Notes: generated by a model from the letters alone, not told the origin. 64,000 bases of DNA from an uncultured Acidimicrobiaceae bacterium (GCA_963781305.1 CAWAFL010000013.1:478948-542947); one strand, 5' to 3'; numbered from the stretch's first letter, positions 18,921 to 29,525 are shown. A program made the numbers and translations.

Positions 18921-19175
18921 TCAGTCGCGGCGTGCAGCCAGACGGCGAAGAGGCGGCAGCGTGGGTGGCGGCTGCCGGCGGGGCGGCAGATCGGCCAAGA
19001 GCTCGGTCGTCGCCTCGAGCACGTGGCGGACCGCTCGCTCGAAGGCCTCCTCGGTACGGGGTGAAGACGACTGCACCCCGCTGACCTTTCGGACGTACTG
19101 ACGGGCGGCTGCCTCGATCTCTTGTGGCGTGGCCACGGGCTGGAGCCCACGGAGGGTCGTGATGTTGCGGCACAT
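18921..19175 (-). CDS. DUF2277 domain-containing protein
   Basis: The N-terminus MCRNITTLRGLQPVATPQEIEAAARQYVRKVSG matches the remembered DUF2277 signature. The upstream part of the track ORF is non-coding-like. Confidence 0.7.
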   Translation of the reverse strand: MCRNITTLRGLQPVATPQEIEAAARQYVRKVSGVQSSSPRTEEAFERAVRHVLEATTELLADLPPRRQPPPTLPPLRRLAARRD

Positions 19176-19219
19176 GATGACGAGGTTAGGAGGACCGGGC
19201 TCGCTCCTGCCACCGTGGG

Positions 19220-19957
19220 TCAGCGCGCAGCCGCGTACGCCGCCATGATGCCCGCTCGGCGTTGGGGGTCGAGGTGCTTGACCGCTTCTCGCACGGTGAC
19301 CCCGGAGGCGCGCCCCACCCTGGGCTCGATCCAATCGGCGACCAGCTCGGGCCGCCGCCGGCCCGTCTCGCGCAGGACCCAGCCGATGGCCTTGCGGATG
19401 AAGAACTCCCGCTCGTCGAGCATGGCGTCGGCGTAGCGCGCAAACCTCTCGAAGTCGCCCCCTCCACGTCGGAGGGGAACCAAGAGGGACAGCAGGGCTG
19501 ATCGCCGGATCCAGAAGTCTGGGTCCGACGCCCACTGGTCGAGCATCGGGTGCCATGCCTTCGGCTCGGAAACGACCAGGGAGCCGACCACGTCTGCGGC
19601 GAGGGAGTCGACGTACGCCCAGGTTCGCGCTGTGCGGAGCAGATGTTCGAGTTGCGGTCCATCATCAATGCCCAGCGTGCCCGGCGTGGCCAACTTGAGC
19701 AGCTCCACCACGGCCATGCGGTGCTCGTGGATGTCCGATTCCCACAAACGGTCGACGGTCGCCATCAGGTGCTCGTGATCAAGTCCACCGCCTTGCTTCC
19801 AAGCGTTTCGCACCACCTGGCGCGCCGCCGGCACGCCGACGCCGAGGAAGACGAGCCCGCTCTTGAGGTAGGCCCGCTCCTTCTCGGCGCGGTCGGGATC
19901 GGCCGCTCGGGCCAGCTCCGACTCGATGTGCTCTGCCACCGCGGCTGCATCACCCAC
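19220..19957 (-). CDS. DNA alkylation repair protein (AlkD-like HEAT-repeat)
   Basis: Motifs RAYLKSGLVFLGVGVP... and FFIRKAIGWVLRE. The GTG start at 19957 avoids overlap with the divergent flavodoxin-like gene. Confidence 0.75.
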   Translation of the reverse strand: MGDAAAVAEHIESELARAADPDRAEKERAYLKSGLVFLGVGVPAARQVVRNAWKQGGGLDHEHLMATVDRLWESDIHEHRMAVVELLKLATPGTLGIDDGPQLEHLLRTARTWAYVDSLAADVVGSLVVSEPKAWHPMLDQWASDPDFWIRRSALLSLLVPLRRGGGDFERFARYADAMLDEREFFIRKAIGWVLRETGRRRPELVADWIEPRVGRASGVTVREAVKHLDPQRRAGIMAAYAAAR

Positions 19958-19997
19958 CAGAGCCAGCTTCGCGCATCCACGTCGGTATGGTGGTGCG

Positions 19998-20456
19998 ATG
20001 GCCCGGTTGCTCGTGGTGCACCACACGCCCTCACCGGCCATGCACGCCATGTTCTTGGAAGCGTTGGCCGGAGCCAACGACCCGGCCATCGGCGGAGTCG
20101 ACGTCGTGGTGCGGCCGGCGTTGACTGCCTCAGCCACCGACGTCCTGGAAGCCGACGGCTACCTCCTGGGGACGCCGGCCAACCTGGGGTACATCTCGGG
20201 CGCCCTCAAGCATTTCTTCGATCAGATCTACTACCCGTGCTTGGAAGCGACGACGGGCCGGCCCTTCGGCGCCTATCTCCACGGGGACAATGACACGACG
20301 GGAGCGATACGGGCCATCGATGCCATCACCACCGGCCTCTCGTGGCGGCGTGTGCAGCAGTACGTGACCGCAACCGGTCCTGTCGATGGATCCCTTCTGA
20401 CCCAGTGTCGGGAGCTGGGTGGGGCTCTGGCCGCCGGTCTGTCGCTCGGTATCTAA
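19998..20456 (+). CDS. flavodoxin-like / NAD(P)H-dependent FMN reductase family protein
   Basis: Motifs MARLLVVHHTPS...GYLLGTPANLGYISGALKHFFD. Confidence 0.7.
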   Translation: MARLLVVHHTPSPAMHAMFLEALAGANDPAIGGVDVVVRPALTASATDVLEADGYLLGTPANLGYISGALKHFFDQIYYPCLEATTGRPFGAYLHGDNDTTGAIRAIDAITTGLSWRRVQQYVTATGPVDGSLLTQCRELGGALAAGLSLGI

Positions 20457-20497
20457 CTCGTTCGTTATCTGGTTCGCTCAGTACCTAGGCTCTGCGC

Positions 20498-21139
20498 ATG
20501 CCTGGGGAACTGAACACCGAGGAACTGCTCACCACGACGCGGGTTGTGCGAAAGCGCCTGGACTTCGAGAGGCCGGTGGAGCGATCGGTCATCGAGGAGT
20601 GTCTTTCCGTCGCCGTCCAGGCGCCTTCCGCCTCCAATCGTCAGGAGTGGCACTGGGTGTTCGTCACCGACCCCGACACCAAGCGGGCGCTCGCCGATCT
20701 GTACCGTTCCGACGACGGTGACTACCGGCGCCTCCCGTTCCCCGAGCTCGGCGACCAGGACGTGCGAGCGCAGCGAGCCGACGCCGTGGGTTCGTCGGCC
20801 GCCTATCTTCGAGAGCACATGCAGGATGCCCCTGTCCTCTTGGTGCCGTGTCACCTGGGCCGGGTGGATGATGCCCCGGTGGCCACGCAGGCCGCCCTGT
20901 GGGGTTCGTTGCTTCCTGCCGTATGGAACCTCTTTCTGGCTCTGCGGACCCGGGGCCTCGGGGCCGCGTGGACCAGCGTCCATCTCCGCCACGAACGCGA
21001 GGCGGCCGAAGTGCTCGGGATCCCCTACCAGTCCTACACGCAAGGTGGTCTCTTCCCGATCGCCTACACCAAGGGAACGGAGTTCCACCCCGCAGCGCGG
21101 CGCCCGTTGGCCGAGATCGTCCACTGGGAGCGCTGGTAG
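20498..21139 (+). CDS. nitroreductase family protein
   Basis: Motifs RVVRKRLDFERPV...APSASNRQEWHWVFV. Confidence 0.85.
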   Translation: MPGELNTEELLTTTRVVRKRLDFERPVERSVIEECLSVAVQAPSASNRQEWHWVFVTDPDTKRALADLYRSDDGDYRRLPFPELGDQDVRAQRADAVGSSAAYLREHMQDAPVLLVPCHLGRVDDAPVATQAALWGSLLPAVWNLFLALRTRGLGAAWTSVHLRHEREAAEVLGIPYQSYTQGGLFPIAYTKGTEFHPAARRPLAEIVHWERW

Positions 21140-21245
21140 ACCGGGAGTGCCTCTTGGGACCATTTCTGCTCGTGCTTACCGGCTTCGTGGCCTAAGTTGC
21201 AGTTGACTGGGCAGGGCATCGAACCGGTCAGAGCAGGATGGGGGC

Positions 21246-21908
21246 ATGAGGGATAGGTCAGCAGTCGACGAGCCGACCTCGGGGGAAGGCCTCGGGGACG
21301 CCCGCGTGCTTTCGGGGCCCGCCCTGCGCCTGCTCAAGGCGGCCGACACCCTCTTCTACTCCCAGGGTGCCCCGGCCACGACTGTTCGGGAGATCACCAA
21401 CGCCTGTGGCCTCAGCCCCGGGGCGATGTACAACCATTTCACCTCGAAGGACGAGCTCCTCTACGTCCTGGTGCAGTACCGCCACGCCCGGTTGGAAGAG
21501 GACGTGGTCGCCGCGCTGGCGCCCTTGGACGGTGACCCTGTCGCCGGGCTCACCGCCATCGTCAAGGTATACGTTCGCATGCACATCGGCGGGAAACAGA
21601 GCGCCCAGGTGGCCAACCGCGAGTACCGGCACTTGTCCGGGCCCCAGCTCGAGGAGGTGCTGGCCATCCGCCGGCGTCTCCGCCAACGAACGGTGGACGT
21701 ACTGAGAGAGGGGGCGCGCACGGGAGCCTTCGACGTCTGGGGTCGGCCCGAGTCGAGCTCGTTCACGATCACCGCGGCGACCATCCTCGACATGTGCATT
21801 CACAGCAGCCAATGGCTCCAGGAAGGGGGTGCCATGGGCATCGACGAGCTCGAGCGGTACTTCGTGACCATGGCCATGCGCATGGTGGGCTGCGTCGACG
21901 GGGTGTAG
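21246..21908 (+). CDS. TetR/AcrR family transcriptional regulator
   Basis: HTH region TTVREITNACGLSPGAMYNHFTSKDEL. Confidence 0.85.
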   Translation: MRDRSAVDEPTSGEGLGDARVLSGPALRLLKAADTLFYSQGAPATTVREITNACGLSPGAMYNHFTSKDELLYVLVQYRHARLEEDVVAALAPLDGDPVAGLTAIVKVYVRMHIGGKQSAQVANREYRHLSGPQLEEVLAIRRRLRQRTVDVLREGARTGAFDVWGRPESSSFTITAATILDMCIHSSQWLQEGGAMGIDELERYFVTMAMRMVGCVDGV

Positions 21909-21955
21909 ACCGCTCGGCGCGGGGGACAGTGCGGCGCCGGGTACTGTGACCCGTC

Positions 21956-23974
21956 GTGGCCAAGAACGTGCGACGGCCGTCCCGGCCCCTGGTTCCCGCC
22001 CGGTTCCTCGAGGGGCTGAATCCCCGCCAACGTGAAGCGGTCGAGCACGGGTCGGGGCCCCTCCTGGTGGTGGCCGGTGCGGGCTCGGGGAAGACCAAGG
22101 TCCTCACCAGCCGCATCGGCTATCTGATCGCCACCGGCCAGGTCAGCCACGATCGGGTCCTGGCCATCACCTTCACCAATAAGGCGGCCCGGGAGATGAA
22201 GGAGCGTCTGGGTGCATCTCTCGGCCCCCTGGTGGGAGAGATGTGGGTGTCCACTTTTCATGCCGCCTGCGTTCGAATGCTGCGTCCCTACGCCGAGCGC
22301 GTGGGTCTGAAGAGGAACTTCACCATCCTCCAAGAGGATGATTGCAAGCGCCTCCTCCGGGATATCACCGACGACGTGGGACTCGATCACAAAGAGGTGC
22401 CCGTCGGGGGGACCAAGGCAGCCATCAGCACGGCCAAGAACGGCCTCATCGACGAGCGCGCCCTCTCGCTGGCGGCCACCGACAAGAAGGGTGCCGGTCG
22501 GGCCCGCATTTATCGCGAGTACCAGGCCCGGATGCAGCGGGCCAACTCGGTGGACTTCGACGACCTTTTGGTCCACGTGGTGAACCTGCTGACCGAGCAC
22601 GACGACGTGCGGGCGCACTACCAGGGCCTGTTCGACTACGTTCTGGTCGACGAGTACCAGGACACCAACCGCGCCCAGAGCGCAATCGTGGAACTGCTGG
22701 TCAGCGGGCACGGCAACCTCTGCTGCGTCGGTGACGGCGACCAATCGATCTACGGGTTCCGGGCCGCCGACGTCGGGAACATCTTGAACTTCCACCACAC
22801 CTTTCCGGGCACGGTGACCGTCACCCTGGAACAGAACTACCGGTCGACGGAGACCATTCTCGATGCCGCCAACGCCGTCATCGCCCGCAACGAGAGCCGC
22901 CCCGACAAGACCCTGTGGAGCCAGGCCGGCGAGGGTGCCAGGATCGTCGTGCGCGAGGCGGACGACGACGCCGACGAGGCCTCCTGGCTGGCCGACGAGG
23001 TGGCTTCCTTGGTGGCCAGGGGATCCCGGCCGGGAGACGTGGTCGTGCTGTGCCGGGCCAAGGCCCTGGCCCGACCGGTGGAAGGGGCGCTCGTACGCCA
23101 TGGCATCCCCTGCAAGACGGTAGGAGGCACCCCTTTCTTCGAGCGCAGGGAGATCAAGGACCTCATGGCCTATTTGGGGATGGCTGTGAACCCGGACGAC
23201 GAACTCTCGTTCCGTCGCTGCGTGAACGTGCCGCGAAGAGCCGTCGGGGATAGCAGCATCAAGCGATTGCGCGCCTTCGCCCGAACCTACGCCCTCCCGT
23301 TGAGCGAGGCGCTCGATCGTCGGGCAGAGATCGACGAGATGCCCAAGTTGGCCGCCGAGGGCCTGGGCCAGTTCATGTCCCTGCTCGATCGCATGCGTGC
23401 GGTCGACGCCACCGATGGGCCGGCGGCGGCTGTCGACGAGATACTGGCCGACGGTCGCTTCATGCGCGAGCTCCTGGACAAGGCCATTGACGAGGAGGAA
23501 GAGCTGTACCGGGCTGAAAGCGTGGAGCAGTTCCGCGCCATCGCCGCCGACCACCGCAGCATCTCCGATCTGTTGGAGATGGCCAGCCTGCTCTCGCTGG
23601 CCGACGACATCGATGACGATGGATCACGTGTCCTGTTGATGACCGTCCACGCCGCCAAGGGCCTGGAGTTCCCCAACGTGTTCGTCGTCGGGATGGAAGA
23701 GGGCATCTTCCCCGATCGGCGTTGCCTCGACGGTGCCGACCTCGAAGAGGAACGTCGGCTGGCCTACGTGGCCATCACCCGGGCCAAGCATCGCCTCTAC
23801 CTGTCCCATGCCCGGCGGAGGCGCACGGTGCATCAGGTCCAGGAGAACGAGCGCAGCCGCTTCCTCGATGAGATCCCGGTGGAGCTGATCGACGGCCTGG
23901 ATGAGCCCATGGCGCCCTCGGCCGAGGGTGCGCCGGACCGGTTCGCGTTGCTCAAGGCGAACCTGGGCTTGTAG
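21956..23974 (+). CDS. ATP-dependent DNA helicase, UvrD/PcrA family
   Basis: Motifs LNPRQREAV, Walker A AGAGSGKT, DEYQDTN, QNYRS and VHAAKGLEF. Confidence 0.9.
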   Translation: MAKNVRRPSRPLVPARFLEGLNPRQREAVEHGSGPLLVVAGAGSGKTKVLTSRIGYLIATGQVSHDRVLAITFTNKAAREMKERLGASLGPLVGEMWVSTFHAACVRMLRPYAERVGLKRNFTILQEDDCKRLLRDITDDVGLDHKEVPVGGTKAAISTAKNGLIDERALSLAATDKKGAGRARIYREYQARMQRANSVDFDDLLVHVVNLLTEHDDVRAHYQGLFDYVLVDEYQDTNRAQSAIVELLVSGHGNLCCVGDGDQSIYGFRAADVGNILNFHHTFPGTVTVTLEQNYRSTETILDAANAVIARNESRPDKTLWSQAGEGARIVVREADDDADEASWLADEVASLVARGSRPGDVVVLCRAKALARPVEGALVRHGIPCKTVGGTPFFERREIKDLMAYLGMAVNPDDELSFRRCVNVPRRAVGDSSIKRLRAFARTYALPLSEALDRRAEIDEMPKLAAEGLGQFMSLLDRMRAVDATDGPAAAVDEILADGRFMRELLDKAIDEEEELYRAESVEQFRAIAADHRSISDLLEMASLLSLADDIDDDGSRVLLMTVHAAKGLEFPNVFVVGMEEGIFPDRRCLDGADLEEERRLAYVAITRAKHRLYLSHARRRRTVHQVQENERSRFLDEIPVELIDGLDEPMAPSAEGAPDRFALLKANLGL

Positions 23975-25544
23975 GCGCCCCAGGGTCGACCGGCTCGCCG
24001 CCTGCAGTCGTGTTGGCCGGAACCGTGGGCGTCGGAGCGTCCGCCCTGGCCGCCTGGGGCGGGACGTCGGGTAGGTCGATCCCTGCAGCGCGCACGGCCT
24101 CGGCCGCGTCCGCGCTCCGATAGGTGGCCGGCTCCAGACCCGCGGCGTCGAGCAGCTCATCGAGAGCGAGCGGGATGTCGGCGGCCAGGTGCCACACCTT
24201 GGGGATCGCCTCGGGGCAGGCCATGATGCCCCAGTACAGGACGCCGCGATAGCTCATGATGGTGATGTTCACGCCCAACCCGTCTGTGACCGGGCCCAGA
24301 GGAAACCCGGCCTGGAGCTCGGCTCCTCCGAAATAGAGGGGAAAGTCGGGACCGGGAACATTGGAGATCACCAGGTTGGCGATGGGTCGGTGTCGCTCGG
24401 CCAGCTTCATCCGGCTGTAGAACCGGGCGCCGGCGGCGAAGACGTTGGGCGTGGCGTGCTCGGCCCAGTTGAGGAGGGTCTCCGCCCCCAGCGCGTTGTG
24501 TTCCTCCTTGGCTCCCTTGGTGCCTTCGTGAATCGCCTCCAACCGAGCCAGAGGGTCCTCGATTTGAGCCGGCAGCTGCACGAACATCGACGACACCTTG
24601 TTGGAACCGGCCATGTCCGGGTTGCTGGGTCGGACCGACACCGGAACCACGGCCACCAACGGCTTGTCGGGCAGCTCGTCGCCGTCGATGAGAAACCGCC
24701 GGAGCGCCCCGGTGCAGATGGCCAAGACCACGTCGTTGACCGTGGTGCCCATGGCGTCTTTCAGCCGTTTCACATCCTGGAGGCCGACGGCGGAGAGGGC
24801 CACCGACCGCCGCCTGGTCAGGGTTCCGTTGAACGAGGTCCGAGGAGCGGACAGGGGTAGCGCCGCCTTACCCAGCCCCGGACGGCTCTCTGATCCCTGG
24901 CGCACCTGGCGGACGTGCAGGATGCGCTGCCCGGTGGTGAACACGTCCTTGGCTATTTCGAATGGGCGCATGGTTCGGGCTATGACGGCCAGGGTGATCA
25001 GCTCGAGGCTCGAAGGCACGTGGCTGTCGACGATGCCCGGTTCCGGTGCCGGGCGCTCGGCAGGATCGGGTTCCAGGTCGAAGAGCACCGACAACAGCTC
25101 CGCCCCGGAGACCCCGTCCACGGTGGAGTGGTGCATCTTGGCAATGAACCCGATGCGGCCATCGGACAGGCCCTCGACGATCCACATCTCCCACAGCGGC
25201 CGGGCCCGATCCAGCGGTCGACCGGTGATGTCGCCGGCGACGGAGGCCAGTTCGCGGAGGCCCCCGGGGCCGGGGACAGCGGCCAACCGGACGTGGTAGT
25301 CGATGTCGAAGTCAGGATCGTCGATCCACACCGGGTGGCCGAAGCGGAACGGGACCTCGACCAGCCGGCGCTGGAAGACCGGGGCGTAGGGAATGCGCTT
25401 GGCGATGAACTGCTTCAACGCCTCGAACGAGTATCCGCCGGGGATGGTGGCCGGATCGATGATCGTGGTCATGGCCACGTGCATGTGGAGGGTGGGGGTC
25501 TCCAAGTAGAGAAAGCTGGCGTCCAGCCCGGTCAGTCGTTCCAC
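23952..25544 (-). CDS. wax ester synthase / diacylglycerol acyltransferase (WS/DGAT)
   Basis: Catalytic HHSTVDG (HHxxxDG) motif and an N-terminal LDASFLYLE. The Pro/Ala-rich C-terminal tail overlaps the uvrD 3' end by 23 nt. Confidence 0.9.
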   Translation of the reverse strand: MERLTGLDASFLYLETPTLHMHVAMTTIIDPATIPGGYSFEALKQFIAKRIPYAPVFQRRLVEVPFRFGHPVWIDDPDFDIDYHVRLAAVPGPGGLRELASVAGDITGRPLDRARPLWEMWIVEGLSDGRIGFIAKMHHSTVDGVSGAELLSVLFDLEPDPAERPAPEPGIVDSHVPSSLELITLAVIARTMRPFEIAKDVFTTGQRILHVRQVRQGSESRPGLGKAALPLSAPRTSFNGTLTRRRSVALSAVGLQDVKRLKDAMGTTVNDVVLAICTGALRRFLIDGDELPDKPLVAVVPVSVRPSNPDMAGSNKVSSMFVQLPAQIEDPLARLEAIHEGTKGAKEEHNALGAETLLNWAEHATPNVFAAGARFYSRMKLAERHRPIANLVISNVPGPDFPLYFGGAELQAGFPLGPVTDGLGVNITIMSYRGVLYWGIMACPEAIPKVWHLAADIPLALDELLDAAGLEPATYRSADAAEAVRAAGIDLPDVPPQAARADAPTPTVPANTTAGGEPVDPGAPTSPGSP

Positions 25545-25573
25545 GATGCCTCTTGCCGTAGTGCTTTGATGGA

Positions 25574-26869
25574 GTGGTGCCCTGGGTGTTCTTCGGCGTC
25601 AGCTTGGTCGGTGCCGGACTCGTGGTCAACGCCTTCTTCCCCTTCCGGCGGGAGCCGTTGACCGTGGTCAGCTTCGCCCTGGGGTGGTTGGCCGGGGAAC
25701 TTCCGATACAGATGATCGTGGTGCAAGGGGTCCTCACCCCCGTGTTTGCCTGGGCCGGTGCATTTCACGCCTGGCCGGGATGGCTCGGCCTGGCCATCGC
25801 CGTGGCCTCGTGGTGTGGTCTGGGCCGCCTGGCCGTCATCAGCCACCAGGCGGGTCATCTCGTGACAACGTCGCTGGACGACGCGACTGGCGGTCCGGTT
25901 CCCGCCGACGGCATCGACCTGACGCCGGCGTGGAACTACTGGTGGCGATTGGCCATCGCCGTGCCGTTCCGGTGGCGGTCGATCCGGCGTATCAAGAACA
26001 TCGACTATTGGGGCGACGACAACTACCGTCACAAGCTCGACATCCTCCAGCGCCGCAGCGGACACCCTGAGCGGAGCCCGGTCCTCCTGTACATCCACGG
26101 CGGCGCCTGGATGACCGGGGACAAGAGACAACAGGGCATCCCCATGATGCATGAGCTCATCGAGCGAGGCTGGGTCTGCGTCGCCATCAACTACCGGCTG
26201 AGCCCACGGGCCACCTGGCCCGAGCACATCGTCGACTGCAAGCGGGCCCTGGTCTGGGTCCATGAGCACATTGCCGAGTACGGCGGAGACCCGGAGTTCG
26301 TCGCCGTGTCCGGCGGCTCGGCAGGCGGCCACTTGTCCTCGCTCCTGGCTCTTACCCCGAACCAGCCCGAGTGGCAGCCCGGATTCGAGGACGCCGACAC
26401 CACGGTCCAGGCGTGCCTGCCCTTCTACGGCGTCTACGACCTCACCGGCGACCCCGACACCTCGGGGGCCTACGGCCCCGGTCTGGTGGAGCTACTCGAG
26501 CGGCGGGTGTTCAAGACCGCCATCGCCGATCGTCCCGAGCCCTTCCGGCAGGCATCGCCCACCTATCGGGTCAATGCCGCCGCCCCGCCCATGTTCGTGC
26601 TCCACGGCATGAACGACACCTTGGTGCCTGTCACCATGGCCCGGGACTTCGTGGCCCGGTTGCGTGCGGCGTCCGGGTCGACGGTGGCCTATGTCGAGCT
26701 CCCCCGCACCCAACATGCCTTCGACGTGCTGGCCTCGATCCGGTGCCGACACACCACCATGGGCTCGGTCCGGTTCCTTGAGGCGATCCGGCGGAGGTCC
26801 GGGGCCGGAGCCATCACCGAAACGCCAAGGACAACCGCAAGCACCGAAGGTTCGCGCTCCCGGCCGTAG
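25574..26869 (+). CDS. membrane-anchored alpha/beta hydrolase (esterase/lipase, fold-3 type)
   Basis: N-terminal TM helices, oxyanion HGGAW and nucleophile GGSAGG. Confidence 0.85.
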   Translation: MVPWVFFGVSLVGAGLVVNAFFPFRREPLTVVSFALGWLAGELPIQMIVVQGVLTPVFAWAGAFHAWPGWLGLAIAVASWCGLGRLAVISHQAGHLVTTSLDDATGGPVPADGIDLTPAWNYWWRLAIAVPFRWRSIRRIKNIDYWGDDNYRHKLDILQRRSGHPERSPVLLYIHGGAWMTGDKRQQGIPMMHELIERGWVCVAINYRLSPRATWPEHIVDCKRALVWVHEHIAEYGGDPEFVAVSGGSAGGHLSSLLALTPNQPEWQPGFEDADTTVQACLPFYGVYDLTGDPDTSGAYGPGLVELLERRVFKTAIADRPEPFRQASPTYRVNAAAPPMFVLHGMNDTLVPVTMARDFVARLRAASGSTVAYVELPRTQHAFDVLASIRCRHTTMGSVRFLEAIRRRSGAGAITETPRTTASTEGSRSRP

Positions 26870-26887
26870 GCGGCCGTAGCAGGACCG

Positions 26888-29504
26888 TCAGTCCTCGTCG
26901 GCCAGGACCACGTCGACAGATGCCTGCTCACCCGCGTTGGTGACCAGCTCGGCCACTCCGCCGGCGTCGCGGAGATCGTCCTCGGCCAAGGTCAGGACGG
27001 CCAGCCGGGCCGGCTGATCGGTGACGGTGAGGATGGCGACCGGAGCCCGCATGGATCGCTTGTTGGCCGTCTTTGCTCGCCGGATCTGGCCCAGGACCTC
27101 GGAGACCACCTCGAGGACGGCGGGGTCCGCGCCGTCTGCCGGATCGGTGAGCTCGCTGGGGACGGGCCAAGATGCCTGGTGCACCGATCCCGTTTGCCAC
27201 CACGACCAGACCTCCTCGGTGACGAAGGGTAGGAAGGGGGCGAGCAGCCGGAGTTGGGTGGACAGGGCCAGGGCCAGGGCGCTCCGAGCCGAGGCCGGGC
27301 CCGGCTGGACCGGGTCACCGTAGGCACGGGTCTTGACCAGCTCGAGATAGTCGTCGCAGAACGACCAGAAGAAGGCCTCGGTGCGCTCCAACGCCCGGGC
27401 GTAGTCGAAGCCCTCGAAGGCGACGGTGGCCTCTTCGACGACATCGGACAGCCGGGACAGCATGGAGCGATCGAGGGGGGCGGTCACTGCGGCACGACCG
27501 GGCACGGTGACCGCGCCGTCCTCGTCGACCAGGCGCCCGAGCGCGAACCGCGACGCGTTCAACACCTTGATGGCCAGGCGGCGGCCCACCTTCATCTGAC
27601 CCTCGTCCACCGCGGTGTCGGTGCCCGGTCGACCGCTGGCCGCCCAGTAGCGCACGGCGTCGGCGCCGTGCTGCTCGAGCAGGGGGAGGGGGGTGATCAC
27701 GTTCCCCTTGGACTTGGACATCTTCTTCCGCTCGGGGTCGAGCACCCAGCCCGAGATGGCGGCGTTGGCCCAGGGGAGGGTGCCGTGCTCCAGCTCCGAG
27801 CGCACCACCGTCGTGAACAGCCAGGTGCGGATGATGTCGTGCGCTTGGGGTCGGAGGTCCATGGGGAAGACCCGATCGAACAGGTCGGGATCGGTACCCC
27901 ATCCTCCGGCGATCTGGGGGGTGAGCGACGACGTGGCCCAGGTGTCCATCACGTCGGGATCACCGACGAATCCCCCTGGGGCCCCTCGCTGGGCTTCGGT
28001 GTAGCCGTCGGGGACGTCGGTCGATGGGTCGATCGGGAGGCGATCCTCGTCGGCCAGCAGCGGCGCGCTCGAAGTCGATGGTCCCCTCGCCGTCGACCGG
28101 GTACCAGACGGGAAAGGGGACACCGAAGAACCGTTGCCGGGAGATGTTCCAGTCCGCACTCAATCCCTCGACCCACGAGGCGTAGCGGTGGGCCATGTAG
28201 GGCGGATGCCAGACCAGCTCCTGCCCCCGGGCCAGCAGGCGCTGCTTGAGATCCAGTGTGCGCACGAACCATTGACGGGACGAGACGATCTCCAGCGGTC
28301 GGTCGCCTCGTTCGTAGAACTTGACCGGATGGGTGATGGGCATGGGTTCGCCAATGAGGGCGCCGGTCTCGGAAAGCAGCTCGACGATGCGGCTCTGCGC
28401 CTGTTTGACCGTGCGGCCGGCCAGCTCGTCGTAATTCCCGGCCGCCGCCATCGGATCGTCGGACTCCCAGCCCGGCTCACCCCAGGGCACGGCACCGAGG
28501 CGGCCGTCTCGCCCGACGATGGCCCGCGTGGCCAGGTCGAGCTCCCGCCACCACACCACGTCGGTGGTGTCACCGAACGTGCACACCATGGCGATGCCCG
28601 AGCCCTTCTCCGGATCGGCCAGCTCGTGGGCCACCACCGGCACCCGCACCCCGAACAGGGGTGTGACCACCTCGGTCCCGAACAGAGGTCGGTAGCGCTC
28701 GTCGTCGGGATGGGCGACCAAGGCGACGCAGGCCGGAAGGAGCTCGGGGCGGGTGGTCTCGATGTCCACGCCGCCGGGCTCGCTCCCGACCCGCGGGAAG
28801 CGCAGGCGGTAGTAGGCGCCTGGGCGTTCCCGGTCCTCCAGCTCGGCCTGGGACACGGCGGTGCGGAAGTCGATGTCCCACAGGGTGGGGGCGGTCTGCT
28901 GGTAGGCGTGGCCGCCAGCCACCAGGTGCAGGAATCCTCGTTGCGAGACCCGCTGCGAGTCCTCCGAGATGGTGGCGTAGGTGTGCGACCAGTCGACCGA
29001 GAGCCCGAGGGTGCGCCACAGGTGCTCGAAGACGCGTTCGTCCTCCTCGGTCAACTGGTGGCACAGGGCCACGAAGTTGGGTCGCGAGACGGCGATGGGG
29101 TCCTTCCCCGGCTTCTCGGGCGGCGTGAAGTCGGGGTCGAAGGGGAGCGCGGGATCGCAGCGGACGCCGAAGTAGTTCTGCACGCGGCGCTCGGTGGGAA
29201 GGCCGTTGTCGTCCCACCCCATGGGGTAGAACACCGACTTGCCCCGCATCCGCTGGAACCGGGCCACCGCATCGGTGTGGGTGTACGAGAACACGTGGCC
29301 CACGTGCAATGAGCCCGACACCGTGGGCGGGGGGGTGTCGATGGAGAACACCCGGTCCCGAGGAGCGGACCGGTCGAACGCATAGGTTCCCTCCCGCTGC
29401 CAGCGATCGGACCAGGTGCGCTCGAGGTCTTCCAGGCCAGGCTTGTCAGGAACGCCGGCGGGGCGCCCCCTGTCGGGGCGCGGCGTTGTCGCGTCGGCAC
29501 TCAT
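26888..29504 (-). pseudogene. valS: valine--tRNA ligase, with the reading frame interrupted by one extra nucleotide near 28062-28070 (probably a sequence error rather than a dead gene)
   Basis: The N-terminal part is in the frame of ATG 29504 (HVGH, ...VWYPVDGEGTIDFE). The C-terminal part is in the frame ending at 26888 (PLLADEDRLPIDPS..., KMSKSKGN). The total span of 2617 nt equals 3n+1. Confidence 0.85.
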
Positions 29505-29525
29505 GGTCGCGTTACCGTACCCTGC

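Noticed and set aside
21800-23554. A 584-aa minus-strand ORF.
   Set aside because: It is antisense to the UvrD/PcrA helicase gene, which carries all the helicase motifs. It has no recognisable domain.
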